DNA of 64,000 bases from Candidatus Latescibacterota bacterium (GTDB lineage Bacteria; Latescibacterota; UBA2968; UBA8231), in NCBI GenBank assembly GCA_963422735.1, contig OY730476.1, forward strand, positions 1,088,001 to 1,152,000. The letters run 5' to 3'. The notes below the pieces were generated by a model. The model was not told the origin of the DNA and ran no database searches. It was given only the letters and a program-made list of their open reading frames with translations. Positions 28,655 to 38,855 of the stretch are shown piece after piece. The translations under genes and the position numbers were made by a program. Positions within the stretch are counted from its first letter, which is position 1. Each line of letters starts with the position of its first letter.

Positions 28655-30676
28655 TCAGTAGATCAGTGTTAATGGGCGCAACCGACGCACTCCCGTCCGC
28701 TCGGCTTCAGGCGCTATTTCAACTAGATAGATACCTGGCGACAACAAAACCCCGTCTCCATCGCGCCCATCCCAGCGCACCCGCTGCACACCGAAGTGCT
28801 GTGTACCCAAAGACCGCTTGGCTACCCGTCTCCCGTCGAGCGAATACACCTTGAACACCACGGGTACATCCTCCGGCAACCCCACCAGTGCATAGCCGAT
28901 CTCGACCTCGTCGTGGATTCCGTCGCCATTGGGCGTCAGCACCCTAGTGGAGAAATCCAATCCCATCACCGGCCCAGCATTTTGCCCGGCCATCCCTAAA
29001 ACCCGCAGACTATTGGTCCCCAGTTTGGCACTGGCGTCGCCCGGTTCAACAGGCTGGGGCAGCGCATCGACATCGGCATTATAGACCTCGCCCGAAAAGG
29101 TCCAAGCCAGCGAGAACACATCGGCGACAAAGACGACCCGCACCCCCTCGGCGGACCCTGGCCCGATCCGCTCCGGCAACACGACCGCTAGTTCCTCGTC
29201 GCCCTCGACGACTTCAACTGGCTCGACCACACTCGGAGGGTGCCCCATCTCCAGCCGGGTAAACGCAACTCGCGTCCCAGTGCGAATCCTCAGCGCGTCA
29301 AAGCCTGCCCCCTCACCGGCAAATTCGCCGCGGATATCGTAAATCAGCTCCGCCGTTTCCCCCAGCGGCACTTGGGTCAAGCCCCCCTCCGGCTGCACGT
29401 CACCTGCCAGCGCCACCTCGCCCACGACCCGGCTAGCTAGTAGCGGCGCGGTCTCAATCCACAACGAGTCGAGCCGCATCCACGCGTCGAATTCCTCGCT
29501 CACGAACGCGATACGCAACTGCAAGTGCGTCCCGCCTTTGAGGCCGCTGGCCTGCCCCGGCTCAGAAAAAGGCAACGACCAAAAAGACCAATTGTCGCTA
29601 TCGTACTGGATAGAGGCCCGCATTCCCGGCCGGGGATCGCGCAGACGGCCGGCGCGCCAGCGCGGCTGCAAAACCAAATCGTAGCGCGTGCGCATCACCA
29701 CTTCCTCGCCGCCGCGGTCGGTGTATTCGTGGTAGATGTTCGGATCCCCGTCGCGTCCCGTACGCACCTCCACCTCCACCTCCACCTCAGCATCGAGTGC
29801 CTCCACTAGTTCGCCACCGACTATGCGTAGCGGCGTCGCCGCCCAGGACAGGCGACCGAAGTTGACGGACTTTTCCAATTCGAAAATCCGCGAGCGGTAC
29901 ACTGCCTTGCGCGGTATCCCCTCGCCAAAGAGTTCAAAGTCGCCGATTGATCCCTTGAAAGCGGTCCCCGAACGCACGCTAGTGTTGCCCCCCCTCCCCG
30001 AATCCAACAGCGAGGTCTTCCGCTTGTAGCGCACGAAGCGCACGTATTGCCTAGGAAATTCGATCTGCACCCGGGTGGCAAAGTTTTCGGCTACATTGGC
30101 AATCAGTGGACCAATGCGTTTATAAGGTTGGGAGCCTTCGAGCCAGCTCGGATCGCCTTCCGCCGCGATAGACACCTCGTAGGCCGGCACGGCATCCTCG
30201 ACAAAGGGGATGCCGTCCGAGCGAAAGCCCCGAGGCGGAGCGAAAAAACCAAAGCGATGTACAGGCATCGGTACGGCTAGATCAATGGTGTACCAGACCG
30301 ATTCAGGATTAGACGAGACCGGCGGATTGAAAGACATGCTGTCGCCATCAACCATATAGGTGCCATTGTGGGCGGTGGTTTCGTTGCCCTCCGCACCCTT
30401 CCAAGCCCGTGGCGTCTCGCCTTCGACGTAGGTCAACTCGCGCGGCTCTTTGAGCGGTTCCCAGCCGCTAAAGAGCGAAAACAAACTTTGCTCGGGGTCG
30501 ATATAGACGGGTTGAATCGCGCCGGGTGCCGAGTCGAAATCAATGAGCACCACAGCAGAATCGCCCTCGCTCCAGGCTAAGCCCGCACCGCCGATCTGCC
30601 AGCTATGTCGCTGGGCACTGCTAGCCGTTTCCGAGCAGACCAGAAATAGCCAAATGCCTATTCGCAAACCTACCAT
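28655..30676 (-). CDS. Secreted FlgD-Ig-tailed protein of the same broad family
   Basis: Signal-like N-terminus, VRTGRDGDP block, tail LTPNGDGIHD...WDGRDGDG...PGIYLV. Confidence 0.78.
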   Translation of the reverse strand: MVGLRIGIWLFLVCSETASSAQRHSWQIGGAGLAWSEGDSAVVLIDFDSAPGAIQPVYIDPEQSLFSLFSGWEPLKEPRELTYVEGETPRAWKGAEGNETTAHNGTYMVDGDSMSFNPPVSSNPESVWYTIDLAVPMPVHRFGFFAPPRGFRSDGIPFVEDAVPAYEVSIAAEGDPSWLEGSQPYKRIGPLIANVAENFATRVQIEFPRQYVRFVRYKRKTSLLDSGRGGNTSVRSGTAFKGSIGDFELFGEGIPRKAVYRSRIFELEKSVNFGRLSWAATPLRIVGGELVEALDAEVEVEVEVRTGRDGDPNIYHEYTDRGGEEVVMRTRYDLVLQPRWRAGRLRDPRPGMRASIQYDSDNWSFWSLPFSEPGQASGLKGGTHLQLRIAFVSEEFDAWMRLDSLWIETAPLLASRVVGEVALAGDVQPEGGLTQVPLGETAELIYDIRGEFAGEGAGFDALRIRTGTRVAFTRLEMGHPPSVVEPVEVVEGDEELAVVLPERIGPGSAEGVRVVFVADVFSLAWTFSGEVYNADVDALPQPVEPGDASAKLGTNSLRVLGMAGQNAGPVMGLDFSTRVLTPNGDGIHDEVEIGYALVGLPEDVPVVFKVYSLDGRRVAKRSLGTQHFGVQRVRWDGRDGDGVLLSPGIYLVEIAPEAERTGVRRLRPLTLIY

Positions 30677-30806
30677 GCCTGCACCTTGGTCAAGCCTCTT
30701 CGCAATCGGCAAAAATCCATTCGGCCATGCCGCTCAAACGGGTCTTAACCGCCATGACACGCCCTTTCTATCAATCTGTAACACAATGGCCACGTGAATT
30801 TAAGAG

Positions 30807-30835
30807 CCGACAAACTAGGCAAAATTCCTTATAAT
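30807..30835 (+). promoter_or_regulatory. Candidate sigma70 promoter for the 30893-35115 operon
   Basis: CCGACA-N17-TATAAT in an AT-rich divergent intergenic region. Confidence 0.55.
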
Positions 30836-30892
30836 TAGATGTTTCTTTATAAAGTGTTTTTTATTTAATCCCCCAAATTGAACGGCAAACGC

Positions 30893-32185
30893 ATGCGAAA
30901 TCGCGCAATTAAGCAAGGCATTTTGGTTTTTCCCGCTGGCGCTACAACCGATGTGCAGGTCGCTGGCCGCACCCTCCTCCAGCGCGGAATCCGCACCATG
31001 GCTAGCGCAGGCATCAAGCGCGTCTTGGTCGTGCTCCCCCCCGGCCACGCCCTCAGCGGCAAGTCCTCAGTCCCCGACCTCGACATCCAAGTAGAGCAAA
31101 TTACCCTGGCGTCCGCTCGCCTACCCGAAGTGCCCCTTCTTCTGCTCAGAGGTGATTGCGTCCACCACCACTCCTCGCTGCAAGCCCTCATTGACGCGGG
31201 CCTGCAACGAGACGACCTCGTCGCGCAGACCAGCAACGATGGCCGCATCAGCAGCGGAGCGTTTCTCTGCGCGCCGGGCGCGTTGCCTCCGGATGCGCTA
31301 ACCGGCGACCTCTGGAGTTCGCTCCCAGCGCGTCCGCACCGCCGCGAAGACATTGCGCCACACCTGTGGCAACAAGTAACCGACAAGCGCAGCGCACGCG
31401 CCGCTAAGAACATGCTCTTCGCCCAAGTGAGCAAGGCCACCAGCGGCACGGTGGCGCGCCTTTTCAACGTGCGCATCTCAGTCCCCATCAGCAAGCTCAT
31501 CGTCGATACTGGCATCTCGCCCAACATGGTGACCTTTTTCATGGTCCTGTGCCCGGGCCTGCTCGCCGCCTATCTGGCGACGCGGCCCGATGACTACTCG
31601 CGGCTAGTATGTGCTGGCGTCCTCTGGCAGCTCGCCTCCATCCTCGACGGCTGCGATGGCGAGATCGCCCGCGTCAAGCTAGCCGAAACCAAATTCGGCG
31701 CTTGGTTCGATACGGTCACCGACAATCTCGCCTATCTCTGCGGCTACGCCGCTCTGATGGCCGGTATGTGGCATCTCCATCCCGACAATTACCTGCCCAT
31801 CTACGCCGGCATCTCCGCCATCGCCTCGATGGTCCTGACCTTGGTCTTGCTCTACGGCTATGCCCTGAAAACCGGCACCGGCAGCCTACAGTACTACCTC
31901 GGCGACTTGGGCAACAAGGTTCCCGACTGCGAAAAGGACTGGAGTTATCGGTTCTTAGAGCGCACCGGCTTTATTACCAAGCGAGATTTCCTCTCGTTGT
32001 TCATTGCCATTGGCTTGGTGGCCAATCTGTTGGCGGTCGTTTATTGGCTCCTAGTCGTCCTGCTTCACGTGGCGGCACTGGGCGTTTTGACCACCCACTA
32101 TCGGCTGACGGGCCACCAGCGCGCCGCCGAGCGGCAGATCGCCGCGCTTTCGGCACCGGCCGTCAACCCAGAGGAGGCCGCGTGA
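30893..32185 (+). CDS. CDP-alcohol phosphatidyltransferase with a degenerate N-terminal NTP-transferase-like domain
   Basis: Signature ISPNMVT...LDGCDGEIAR...GAWFDTVTD. The N-terminal VAGRTLLQR...AGIKRVLVV region lacks the GxGxR loop. Confidence 0.88.
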   Translation: MRNRAIKQGILVFPAGATTDVQVAGRTLLQRGIRTMASAGIKRVLVVLPPGHALSGKSSVPDLDIQVEQITLASARLPEVPLLLLRGDCVHHHSSLQALIDAGLQRDDLVAQTSNDGRISSGAFLCAPGALPPDALTGDLWSSLPARPHRREDIAPHLWQQVTDKRSARAAKNMLFAQVSKATSGTVARLFNVRISVPISKLIVDTGISPNMVTFFMVLCPGLLAAYLATRPDDYSRLVCAGVLWQLASILDGCDGEIARVKLAETKFGAWFDTVTDNLAYLCGYAALMAGMWHLHPDNYLPIYAGISAIASMVLTLVLLYGYALKTGTGSLQYYLGDLGNKVPDCEKDWSYRFLERTGFITKRDFLSLFIAIGLVANLLAVVYWLLVVLLHVAALGVLTTHYRLTGHQRAAERQIAALSAPAVNPEEAA

Positions 32186-33213
32186 GAGCTTTGCAAATTT
32201 CCATGGTCGCCTTTGGCTTCCTGCTGCTGGGCTATCTCGTCGGCCAGCTCGGGGTTGCTGAGGTCCTCCACCGCTTAGACGCTATCAAGTGGGCCTTCCC
32301 CTTGCTCTTGCTGCCCTCGTGCGCTTGGCATATCTCCAACGCGATCGCTTGGAACTTCGCCTTCCCGCCCGATGCCTTCAAACCAAGGCTACTCACCCTC
32401 TTTGCGGCCAAGCTGGCCGGCGAGGCGGTCAATCAACTCACGCCGCTGGCCAATCTCGGCGGCGAGCCGGTCAAGGCCTATTTACTCACCCACCGGACGC
32501 CCGGTCCGCGCGGCATGGCCTCGGTGGTCGTCGACAAAACCGCGCAAATTGCGGTTGGCCTGTCCTTTACCGTCCTTGGCCTAGGACTGTTGTTTTATTA
32601 CCACGACGTGTCCGAGCTTATTCCCTTGGAATACCGGGCCCTTTTCGCCTGTCTGCTCGCCATCAGTTTGGCGGCCTTCTGGGTCTTCTACAAGCGTCAA
32701 GAGCGCATGTTCACGTCCCTGCTCAAACTGCTCCGCTCGGCCGGCCTGCGCACCGACATGATCGAGCGCAACATGGGGCGTGCGGCGCGCATCGACACCA
32801 ATATCGGGGCCTTTTACCGCACCCACCGCACCCGCTTCCTCCGCGCCTTGTTATTTCAGAGCATCGGCTGGTTTATGGGCACCTGCGAGACTTATGCCAT
32901 CCTCTGGGCACTGGACGCGGGCATTGGTTTTTGGTTTTGTTTTCTGCTCAACGCCCTAGGCGCGGTCATCAACGCCCTGTTCTTCTTCATGCCCTCCAAT
33001 ATCGGGGTCATGGAAGGCAGCCTCGTATTTCTATTTTCCAGCTTGGGGTTGGACCCGTCTCTCGGCCTGTCTTTGGGTCTTACGCGCCGCCTGCGCCGCG
33101 TGTTTTGGATTTTCATCGGCTGGGCCTGCCTTAGCTACATGAGTCGCGCCGCGCTCCAGCACCGCCCCTCGACGGCCTTGAGCATGCTTCAGGAACAAGA
33201 AAACCCGCGCTGA
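32182..33213 (+). CDS. Lysylphosphatidylglycerol synthase TM / flippase-like domain protein
   Basis: GTG overlaps the upstream TGA; AGEAVNQLTPLANLGGEPVK and FMPSNIGVMEG; multiple TM helices. Confidence 0.85.
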   Translation: MRALQISMVAFGFLLLGYLVGQLGVAEVLHRLDAIKWAFPLLLLPSCAWHISNAIAWNFAFPPDAFKPRLLTLFAAKLAGEAVNQLTPLANLGGEPVKAYLLTHRTPGPRGMASVVVDKTAQIAVGLSFTVLGLGLLFYYHDVSELIPLEYRALFACLLAISLAAFWVFYKRQERMFTSLLKLLRSAGLRTDMIERNMGRAARIDTNIGAFYRTHRTRFLRALLFQSIGWFMGTCETYAILWALDAGIGFWFCFLLNALGAVINALFFFMPSNIGVMEGSLVFLFSSLGLDPSLGLSLGLTRRLRRVFWIFIGWACLSYMSRAALQHRPSTALSMLQEQENPR

Positions 33214-33229
33214 TTGACCGACAAAAGCA

Positions 33230-33979
33230 ATGCGCCGACTCATACTCGCTTGCCTAGCGGGCTACTGCGTCCTCTCTTTCTACACTGCCTCTGCCCAAGA
33301 CGCGCCGCCGGATGGAGGCGAGCACGAAGCCCCCCCGTACCTTGTCCTCGAAGACTTTGCCACCACCCCCCTAGACAGCCTGCCCCGTGGCTGGCGCTGG
33401 CGCCGCAAAGACAACGACAAACCCAAGCTCTACTCAGTCGGCGAGGCCAACGGCCACCGCTATCTAGCCGCACAGGACACCGGCCACTCGGTCGTCCTCA
33501 TGAAGCGAGTCCACTGGGATCCCCGGCAATACCCAATTATGACTTGGTGCTGGCGCGCCGACGCCCTGCCGCCGGGGGGCGACGAGCGCTATACCGAGAC
33601 CAACGACAGCGCCGCCGGAGTGCACGTCATTTTCTCGCACAACTTTCTCGGCATCCCGCGCCAGATCAAATACGTGTGGAGCACGACCTTGGCCCCCGGC
33701 ACCATCGCCCGCCGCAAAGGCATTGCCCGCCCCTATTTTGTCGTGCTCGAAAGCGGGCCGGAGAAGCTGGGGCAATGGCTCCAAGAGCAGGTCGATCTAG
33801 CAAGGGATCACGAGCGCGTTTTGTCGTCCAAGCTGCCTAAAAAAACCATCGGCATAGCGTTGCTCACCGATGCCAATTCGACCCGGGCGCACGCCGCAGC
33901 AGCCTACGCCGATTTCCGGGTCTGGCCGCGAGCGGCGCTGGCGCACATCCCCAACTACTGCGCCGGCCTCGCCCCATGA
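33230..33979 (+). CDS. Exported DUF3047-domain protein
   Basis: Signal peptide; YPIMTWCW, DSAAGVHVIF, IKYVWS and IALLTDANST...AYAD. Confidence 0.8.
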   Translation: MRRLILACLAGYCVLSFYTASAQDAPPDGGEHEAPPYLVLEDFATTPLDSLPRGWRWRRKDNDKPKLYSVGEANGHRYLAAQDTGHSVVLMKRVHWDPRQYPIMTWCWRADALPPGGDERYTETNDSAAGVHVIFSHNFLGIPRQIKYVWSTTLAPGTIARRKGIARPYFVVLESGPEKLGQWLQEQVDLARDHERVLSSKLPKKTIGIALLTDANSTRAHAAAAYADFRVWPRAALAHIPNYCAGLAP

Positions 33980-35115
33980 GAATCTGTATCGACGCCCGCT
34001 CGCTGCGCGACGTGCCCACCAGCCTCGGCCGCTACGCTGCCGACCTCGTCAGCCATATCGCCAAGCTGGACCGCGAAAACGAGTACCTCGTCGTCCGCCG
34101 CCCCTCGCGCCACGGCCCCATCGCCGACCAAGACAACTTCAGGGAGGTTTTTGCACCGCACGACATTTCCTCGGCGCACAACATCCTCGCCGGTGCTCGG
34201 GTCATCAACGGGCTCGACGCCGACGTGTACCACTCCCTGTTCCACTTTCTCCCCATCGGCGTGCGCACTCGGCGCGTCGTCATCACCCTACACGACCTGA
34301 TATGGGTGGATCACCCCCACCTCGCCGATGGCCGGCACTGGCGGCGGTGGGTCAAAGGGGCCCTAGGCAGCCTCGGTATCCGCCGGGCCATTGCCGCGGC
34401 CGACCACATAATCGCCGTCTCCGCAAGCACGCGCCAAGCCGCCATCCGCCACGGCGTGGCAGCCGATAAGGTAACGGTCATTCACCACGGCGTGGCTCCC
34501 GCCTGGCGCATTGACGAAGCGGAATCGGCCTTGTTTGACTTGGACAACGACCATGCGCAGCAAAATACTCTCGACAGTCTTGCAGAACGGCCTTTTGCCT
34601 TTGGCTTGGGCAACAGCTTGCCGTACAAAAACCTGCCTCGGCTGGTACGCGCTTTTGCCCAAGTCGCCCCGGCCCATCCCGATCTCGCGCTCGTGCTCGC
34701 CGGCCGCGGCGAGGGCCATCCTGCGCTCGTGCGGCTGGCACAGCAGCTCGGCCTGAGCAACCGGGTGCTCCTCGTCGGCCAGCTCAGCGACGACCAAATC
34801 CGCGCCTGTTTTGCCCACGCACTTTTTTTCGCGTTTCCGTCGCTGATAGAAGGATTCGGGCTGCCCGTGCTCGAAGCAATGGCCAGCGGCTGTCCGGTGC
34901 TTACGTCGAACTGTTCTTCGCTCGCCGAAGTCGCCGGAGAAAGCGCCGTGCTCGTCGATCCGCTCGACACCGCAGCCATCGCCGCTGGGATGCAGCGCCT
35001 GCTGACCGATTCCGCGCTCCGTCAACAGCTATCGCGCCAAGGCCGACAACGGGCCGCTGCCTTCACTTGGGAAGACGCGGCCTGGCAAACTATTCAACTG
35101 TACAAGCAGCTATAG
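33976..35115 (+). CDS. GT4 family glycosyltransferase
   Basis: MRICIDAR, VITLHDL, YKNL and FPSLIEGFGLPVLEAMASG. Confidence 0.92.
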   Translation: MRICIDARSLRDVPTSLGRYAADLVSHIAKLDRENEYLVVRRPSRHGPIADQDNFREVFAPHDISSAHNILAGARVINGLDADVYHSLFHFLPIGVRTRRVVITLHDLIWVDHPHLADGRHWRRWVKGALGSLGIRRAIAAADHIIAVSASTRQAAIRHGVAADKVTVIHHGVAPAWRIDEAESALFDLDNDHAQQNTLDSLAERPFAFGLGNSLPYKNLPRLVRAFAQVAPAHPDLALVLAGRGEGHPALVRLAQQLGLSNRVLLVGQLSDDQIRACFAHALFFAFPSLIEGFGLPVLEAMASGCPVLTSNCSSLAEVAGESAVLVDPLDTAAIAAGMQRLLTDSALRQQLSRQGRQRAAAFTWEDAAWQTIQLYKQL

Positions 35116-35232
35116 CTGTCGCGCCGCATATCCGCATGATGGCGTCGCACCCTCGAAAAACCCTCGACGCTAGGGGATCCTCGTCACCCACATAGCCAGC
35201 GATTCAAGTTATGGCACCGCTAATCAGCATCA

Positions 35233-36279
35233 TTAGGTGGAACTCTTAGGTCGAGTAGACGGGGTACCCATGGGATGTGGGCCGTTGGTCAGGGGGCTTC
35301 TGCGGGCGTGGTCGTACACTGCGTCCTGTATTTCGAGGATGCGCACGGCTTGGTCGATATTGGGGGTGAAAGACCGTCCGTCCGCCAAAGCGGTCAGCGC
35401 TTGATCGACAATGGTCTTCATGCACTCGCCGTGCGACAGATCCTCACTGAATTGCACCCCCTCGGCCGTGTGGACTTCGATGAGGGGCTCGCCCTCTTTG
35501 CCGTACTGCTGGAAAACCATGGCGCGGGTGCCGATAAAGCGGAAGAAGTGGTCGCCGCTACGCACTCCTGCCGGATAGGCGTAGCCGCTTTCAATAAAGC
35601 CGGTTACGCCCCCATCGGTGCGCAGCATGCCCAAGCCAATATCCTCCACTGTGCGGCCATAAGTGGCATTGGACATGATGGCACCGACCACGTGTACCGT
35701 CTGCTCGCCGACGAATTGCAGGAAGGTGTCAATGCCGTGGGCCGCCTCTACGGCCCAACTGCCGCCGCCGGAAATGGCCGGATCGTTGTGCCAAGCCGAG
35801 GGAGTCGGGTCGTAGCGCGAGGGCGGGCCGTTATTGAGACGGCTGCTGTACTGGACCAGCTCGCCCAGCGTGCCGTCAGCTAACAGACGCTCCACAGTGG
35901 CGACGATGCGGCTGGCGCGGTTGGGTAGGGTGAGGGCACTCAAGACCCCGTATTGGGCCGAAGCTGCGGCCACGGGTCGGAGCCGGGCGGCGCAATCGGC
36001 AAAGGGTTTGTCGAGCAGGTAGGGGATGCGCCGATCCACGCAGGCCTGCACGTGATCCGGCATTTCAAGGTGCTTGCCAGCGACCAAGGCGGCTTCGGGG
36101 CCCACGGCGTCGAGGCACTCGCCCGCCGTGGCAAAGCCTGGGCATTGAAAAATTTCTGCGAGTTGTTGGCGCGGGGCTTCTTCCCCATCCATGACCCCGA
36201 TTATATCGTGCCCCAAGGCACAGGCGGTCTGGCCGATGCTGCGGCCGTGGTGACTGTACGACAGGACGACTAGGCGCAT
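35233..36279 (-). CDS. Gfo/Idh/MocA family oxidoreductase
   Basis: MRLVVLSYSHH start, LLDKP and SGGGSWAVEAAHGID. Confidence 0.85.
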   Translation of the reverse strand: MRLVVLSYSHHGRSIGQTACALGHDIIGVMDGEEAPRQQLAEIFQCPGFATAGECLDAVGPEAALVAGKHLEMPDHVQACVDRRIPYLLDKPFADCAARLRPVAAASAQYGVLSALTLPNRASRIVATVERLLADGTLGELVQYSSRLNNGPPSRYDPTPSAWHNDPAISGGGSWAVEAAHGIDTFLQFVGEQTVHVVGAIMSNATYGRTVEDIGLGMLRTDGGVTGFIESGYAYPAGVRSGDHFFRFIGTRAMVFQQYGKEGEPLIEVHTAEGVQFSEDLSHGECMKTIVDQALTALADGRSFTPNIDQAVRILEIQDAVYDHARRSPLTNGPHPMGTPSTRPKSST

Positions 36280-36875
36280 AGGTCGGTATCCTTGCTGGAA
36301 TTGGAACCTGCCGACCACTCGGTTTGGGCGATGCGCATATCGCAGGTAGAGCGCGCCTTGCCGCCGGGCGGCTGCGGAGTGTGAGCCACGACGCGGAAGC
36401 CCGCTTTGGCAAACGCGGCGCGGCTGCGGGGGTTATAGTCGGCAATGTCGCAGGCGAAGATAAAATCGGCCTTTTCCTCGGCAAAACCGAAATCGACCAA
36501 CGCACGGATTATTTCGGTCCCCAAGCCCTTATTCCAATGCTGCTTCTCACCAATGGACAGGTCAATGCGGCGGCAGTCGCTGCCGGGATGGGCCTCGATA
36601 ATGCGCAACAGATTCATGGTTTGCAACCAAGCCTCGGCGATGGGCTGGCCGTCGAGTTCGGCGAGAAAGCAGAAGGCGGCTTGCGAGATGCCGCCGTACA
36701 TGCGCTTGATCTGGTCGAGCGTATAGGCCGTCACATCCGAGCCGTCGGCGTAATACAATACATCGGGATTTTGGTTCCAGCTAAGCAAAGTGCCCCAATC
36801 GGCGTCGGTCATGGGACGCAGGTGCAGGCGGGGCGTGTGCAGGTGGATGGCGTGGCTTTTGAGGGAGGGTGGCAT
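36270..36875 (-). CDS. GNAT (RimJ/RimL-like) N-acetyltransferase
   Basis: TPRLHLRPM, HWNKGLGTE and YNPRSRAAFAKAGF. Confidence 0.88.
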   Translation of the reverse strand: MPPSLKSHAIHLHTPRLHLRPMTDADWGTLLSWNQNPDVLYYADGSDVTAYTLDQIKRMYGGISQAAFCFLAELDGQPIAEAWLQTMNLLRIIEAHPGSDCRRIDLSIGEKQHWNKGLGTEIIRALVDFGFAEEKADFIFACDIADYNPRSRAAFAKAGFRVVAHTPQPPGGKARSTCDMRIAQTEWSAGSNSSKDTDLCA

Positions 36876-37034
36876 GGTGCCTGTGAAACCCAAACGGATC
36901 GGAGCTATACAGTCGGTGACAGAATAGAGAACTTGGTAATTCCTACGTCAATGCCGACCGCCTCGGTACGCTCCGGCAACGGCGCGGCTCGCAGTCGTCC
37001 TGCTCGCTTGGAATAGTTTTTTAGAAAGGTCCCT

Positions 37035-37750
37035 CTATGTCCCCGTCATCCTGTCGGCATCTGCGACGGGACGACGGAGATACTTTGGATCGGCGATAGT
37101 CATGATCAATTGCCGAGACCACGCCTTCTGCGGATCGTTTACGTACTCCCAGAGATTTCCGGGCAGCCAGCCATCTACGGTCTGGTGCTCCATTTCTGCG
37201 ACCATGAACCACACATCGTTAGGCAGTCGATCAGGAAGAATGGCACTGAGGTCTTGGGTATTGAGTCTGGAGACAAGGATGGCGGCGTACGGAAACGGCG
37301 CAACCCATGTTCGAACTCCCTCAGTGTCGTTGAGCACCGCGTACGCCTGCTCCTGTGTGCAGGGTTGGCTGTATGTAAAGAGATAGCTTTCCTCATCTGT
37401 ATCGGTTGAGGCTGGTGGTTCATCTTCTTCGGACGAAGATCCTTTATGGGGGTGTCAGAAGACCCAAGACAGTCCCCAGAGAATGACAACCAAAGCGACC
37501 AACGAACCTTCTTAGAGTTGTCTGAAGGGTCACTTATCTTATATCCTTTGATCTCCACTTCACGGCCCCCAAGAGCCCACAGAGTGTAGAAAAGTATAGG
37601 TATTTGGCCAGCGCGAATTGCTCCACCACCTCCGGCTCGTCTTGGTACAGATTCTTGTCGAAAGGGTTTTGTACCGTCCCGCTCCTTCGAGGGCGTCTTT
37701 AAGAATATCAGTGCTTCCGTCGTAGCCTCCGATTTTAAGCTACCGAGCAT
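37035..37750 (-). pseudogene. Degenerate hypothetical genes; the 3' part is a TM helix plus a ferredoxin/Cas2-like small domain
   Basis: SLVALVVILWGLSWVF*HPHKG...SYLFTYSQ...GWLPGNLWEYVN lie in one frame with an internal TGA; the upstream part has several frameshifts and lower GC. Confidence 0.45.
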
Positions 37751-37978
37751 GAGCGTTATTTCTCTCTCCCCTCCGCCGCGTACGTCTGGCCGGGTTGGAG
37801 TTCAAAATGCGCCCTGCTGCCGCCTTGCAGGCCCAATAGAATGCATACATCCGAGCCATCGGGGGCGGGTGGCGAGCAGTTTTTGCGCGTCGAATTCCAC
37901 GCTCAACATCTGCCGACGAGCTTGACCCACTACCAATAATACCTATTTATTTCCCCTTTACGATCCGGAGACGATCCC

Positions 37979-38842
37979 ATGCCAAAGCTAAAAATTGTCG
38001 GTGCCGGTACGCCCACCCCCACCCACGACCGCTGGGGCACCTGTTTCATTCTCGATATCTGCGACCAGCGGCTGATGATCGACTGCGGCCCCGCATCGAC
38101 CTACAAGATGCATCGCATGGGCATTCCCTGCACTTCGGTCCACAACCTGTTCTTCACTCACCTGCACTCCGACCACATCTCGGATTATCTCTGCTTCCTG
38201 ATGACGCGCTTCGACCAGTGCATCGGCACCGAGCCCGACCTGCACGTCTATGGGCCAGCCCCGATCAAGCGCATTACCGACGGCCTCTGGAGTCCCAATG
38301 GTCTCTTCTGGTACGACGCGATCGCCCGCACCAATCATCCCATGAGCGTCCACGCCTACCAGATGCGCGGCGGCGTGGGCGATTCTAGGCCGGAACCGGT
38401 GGTTCTCGCAGCTGAATACGCCGAGGGAAAAGTAGCTGCTGGCAAGGGCTGGACCTGCTATGCGCGCGAGGTCAAGCACGCCCAGCCCTACATCGAATGC
38501 TATGGCTTTCGCTTTGAGACCGCAGAAGGCGTTGTCGCTTTCAGCGGCGATACAGCACCGATCGAGTCCGTGGTCGAGCTAGCGAGGGACGCGGACCTGT
38601 TCGTGATGGAGGCCGTGCATCGGGAGGAAAAGATCCAAACCTTCCCCAGCGTCATCTCCGAAACCGGCACCCTGAATGCCGGGCGCATGGCCGCCGAGGC
38701 CGGTGCCAAGCGCTTGGTAATCAACCATCAGTCCCCGACCCTCGATCCCGAAGAAGAGACCACCGAGGGAATCGCCGAAGTAAAAAGCGTCTTCGACGGG
38801 CCTATGTACTGGGCGCGGGACATGATGGAAGTGGCCTGGTGA
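37979..38842 (+). CDS. MBL-fold metallo-hydrolase (RNase Z/AtsA-like)
   Basis: GAGTPTP, IDCG, THLHSDH, FSGDT and LVINH. Confidence 0.9.
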   Translation: MPKLKIVGAGTPTPTHDRWGTCFILDICDQRLMIDCGPASTYKMHRMGIPCTSVHNLFFTHLHSDHISDYLCFLMTRFDQCIGTEPDLHVYGPAPIKRITDGLWSPNGLFWYDAIARTNHPMSVHAYQMRGGVGDSRPEPVVLAAEYAEGKVAAGKGWTCYAREVKHAQPYIECYGFRFETAEGVVAFSGDTAPIESVVELARDADLFVMEAVHREEKIQTFPSVISETGTLNAGRMAAEAGAKRLVINHQSPTLDPEEETTEGIAEVKSVFDGPMYWARDMMEVAW

Positions 38843-38855
38843 TCGGTCCAAGATC

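Noticed and set aside
30051-30062. CTAGGAAATTCG resembling the MITE right end
   Set aside because: It lies within an intact CDS with no partner end or target duplication, so it is most likely chance.
31609-32181. N-terminal extensions in the ORF track (31609, 57863, 23209, 42777, 5594, 17799)
   Set aside because: They overlap neighbouring genes or remnants. Downstream starts with an RBS or stop-start coupling fit the families better.
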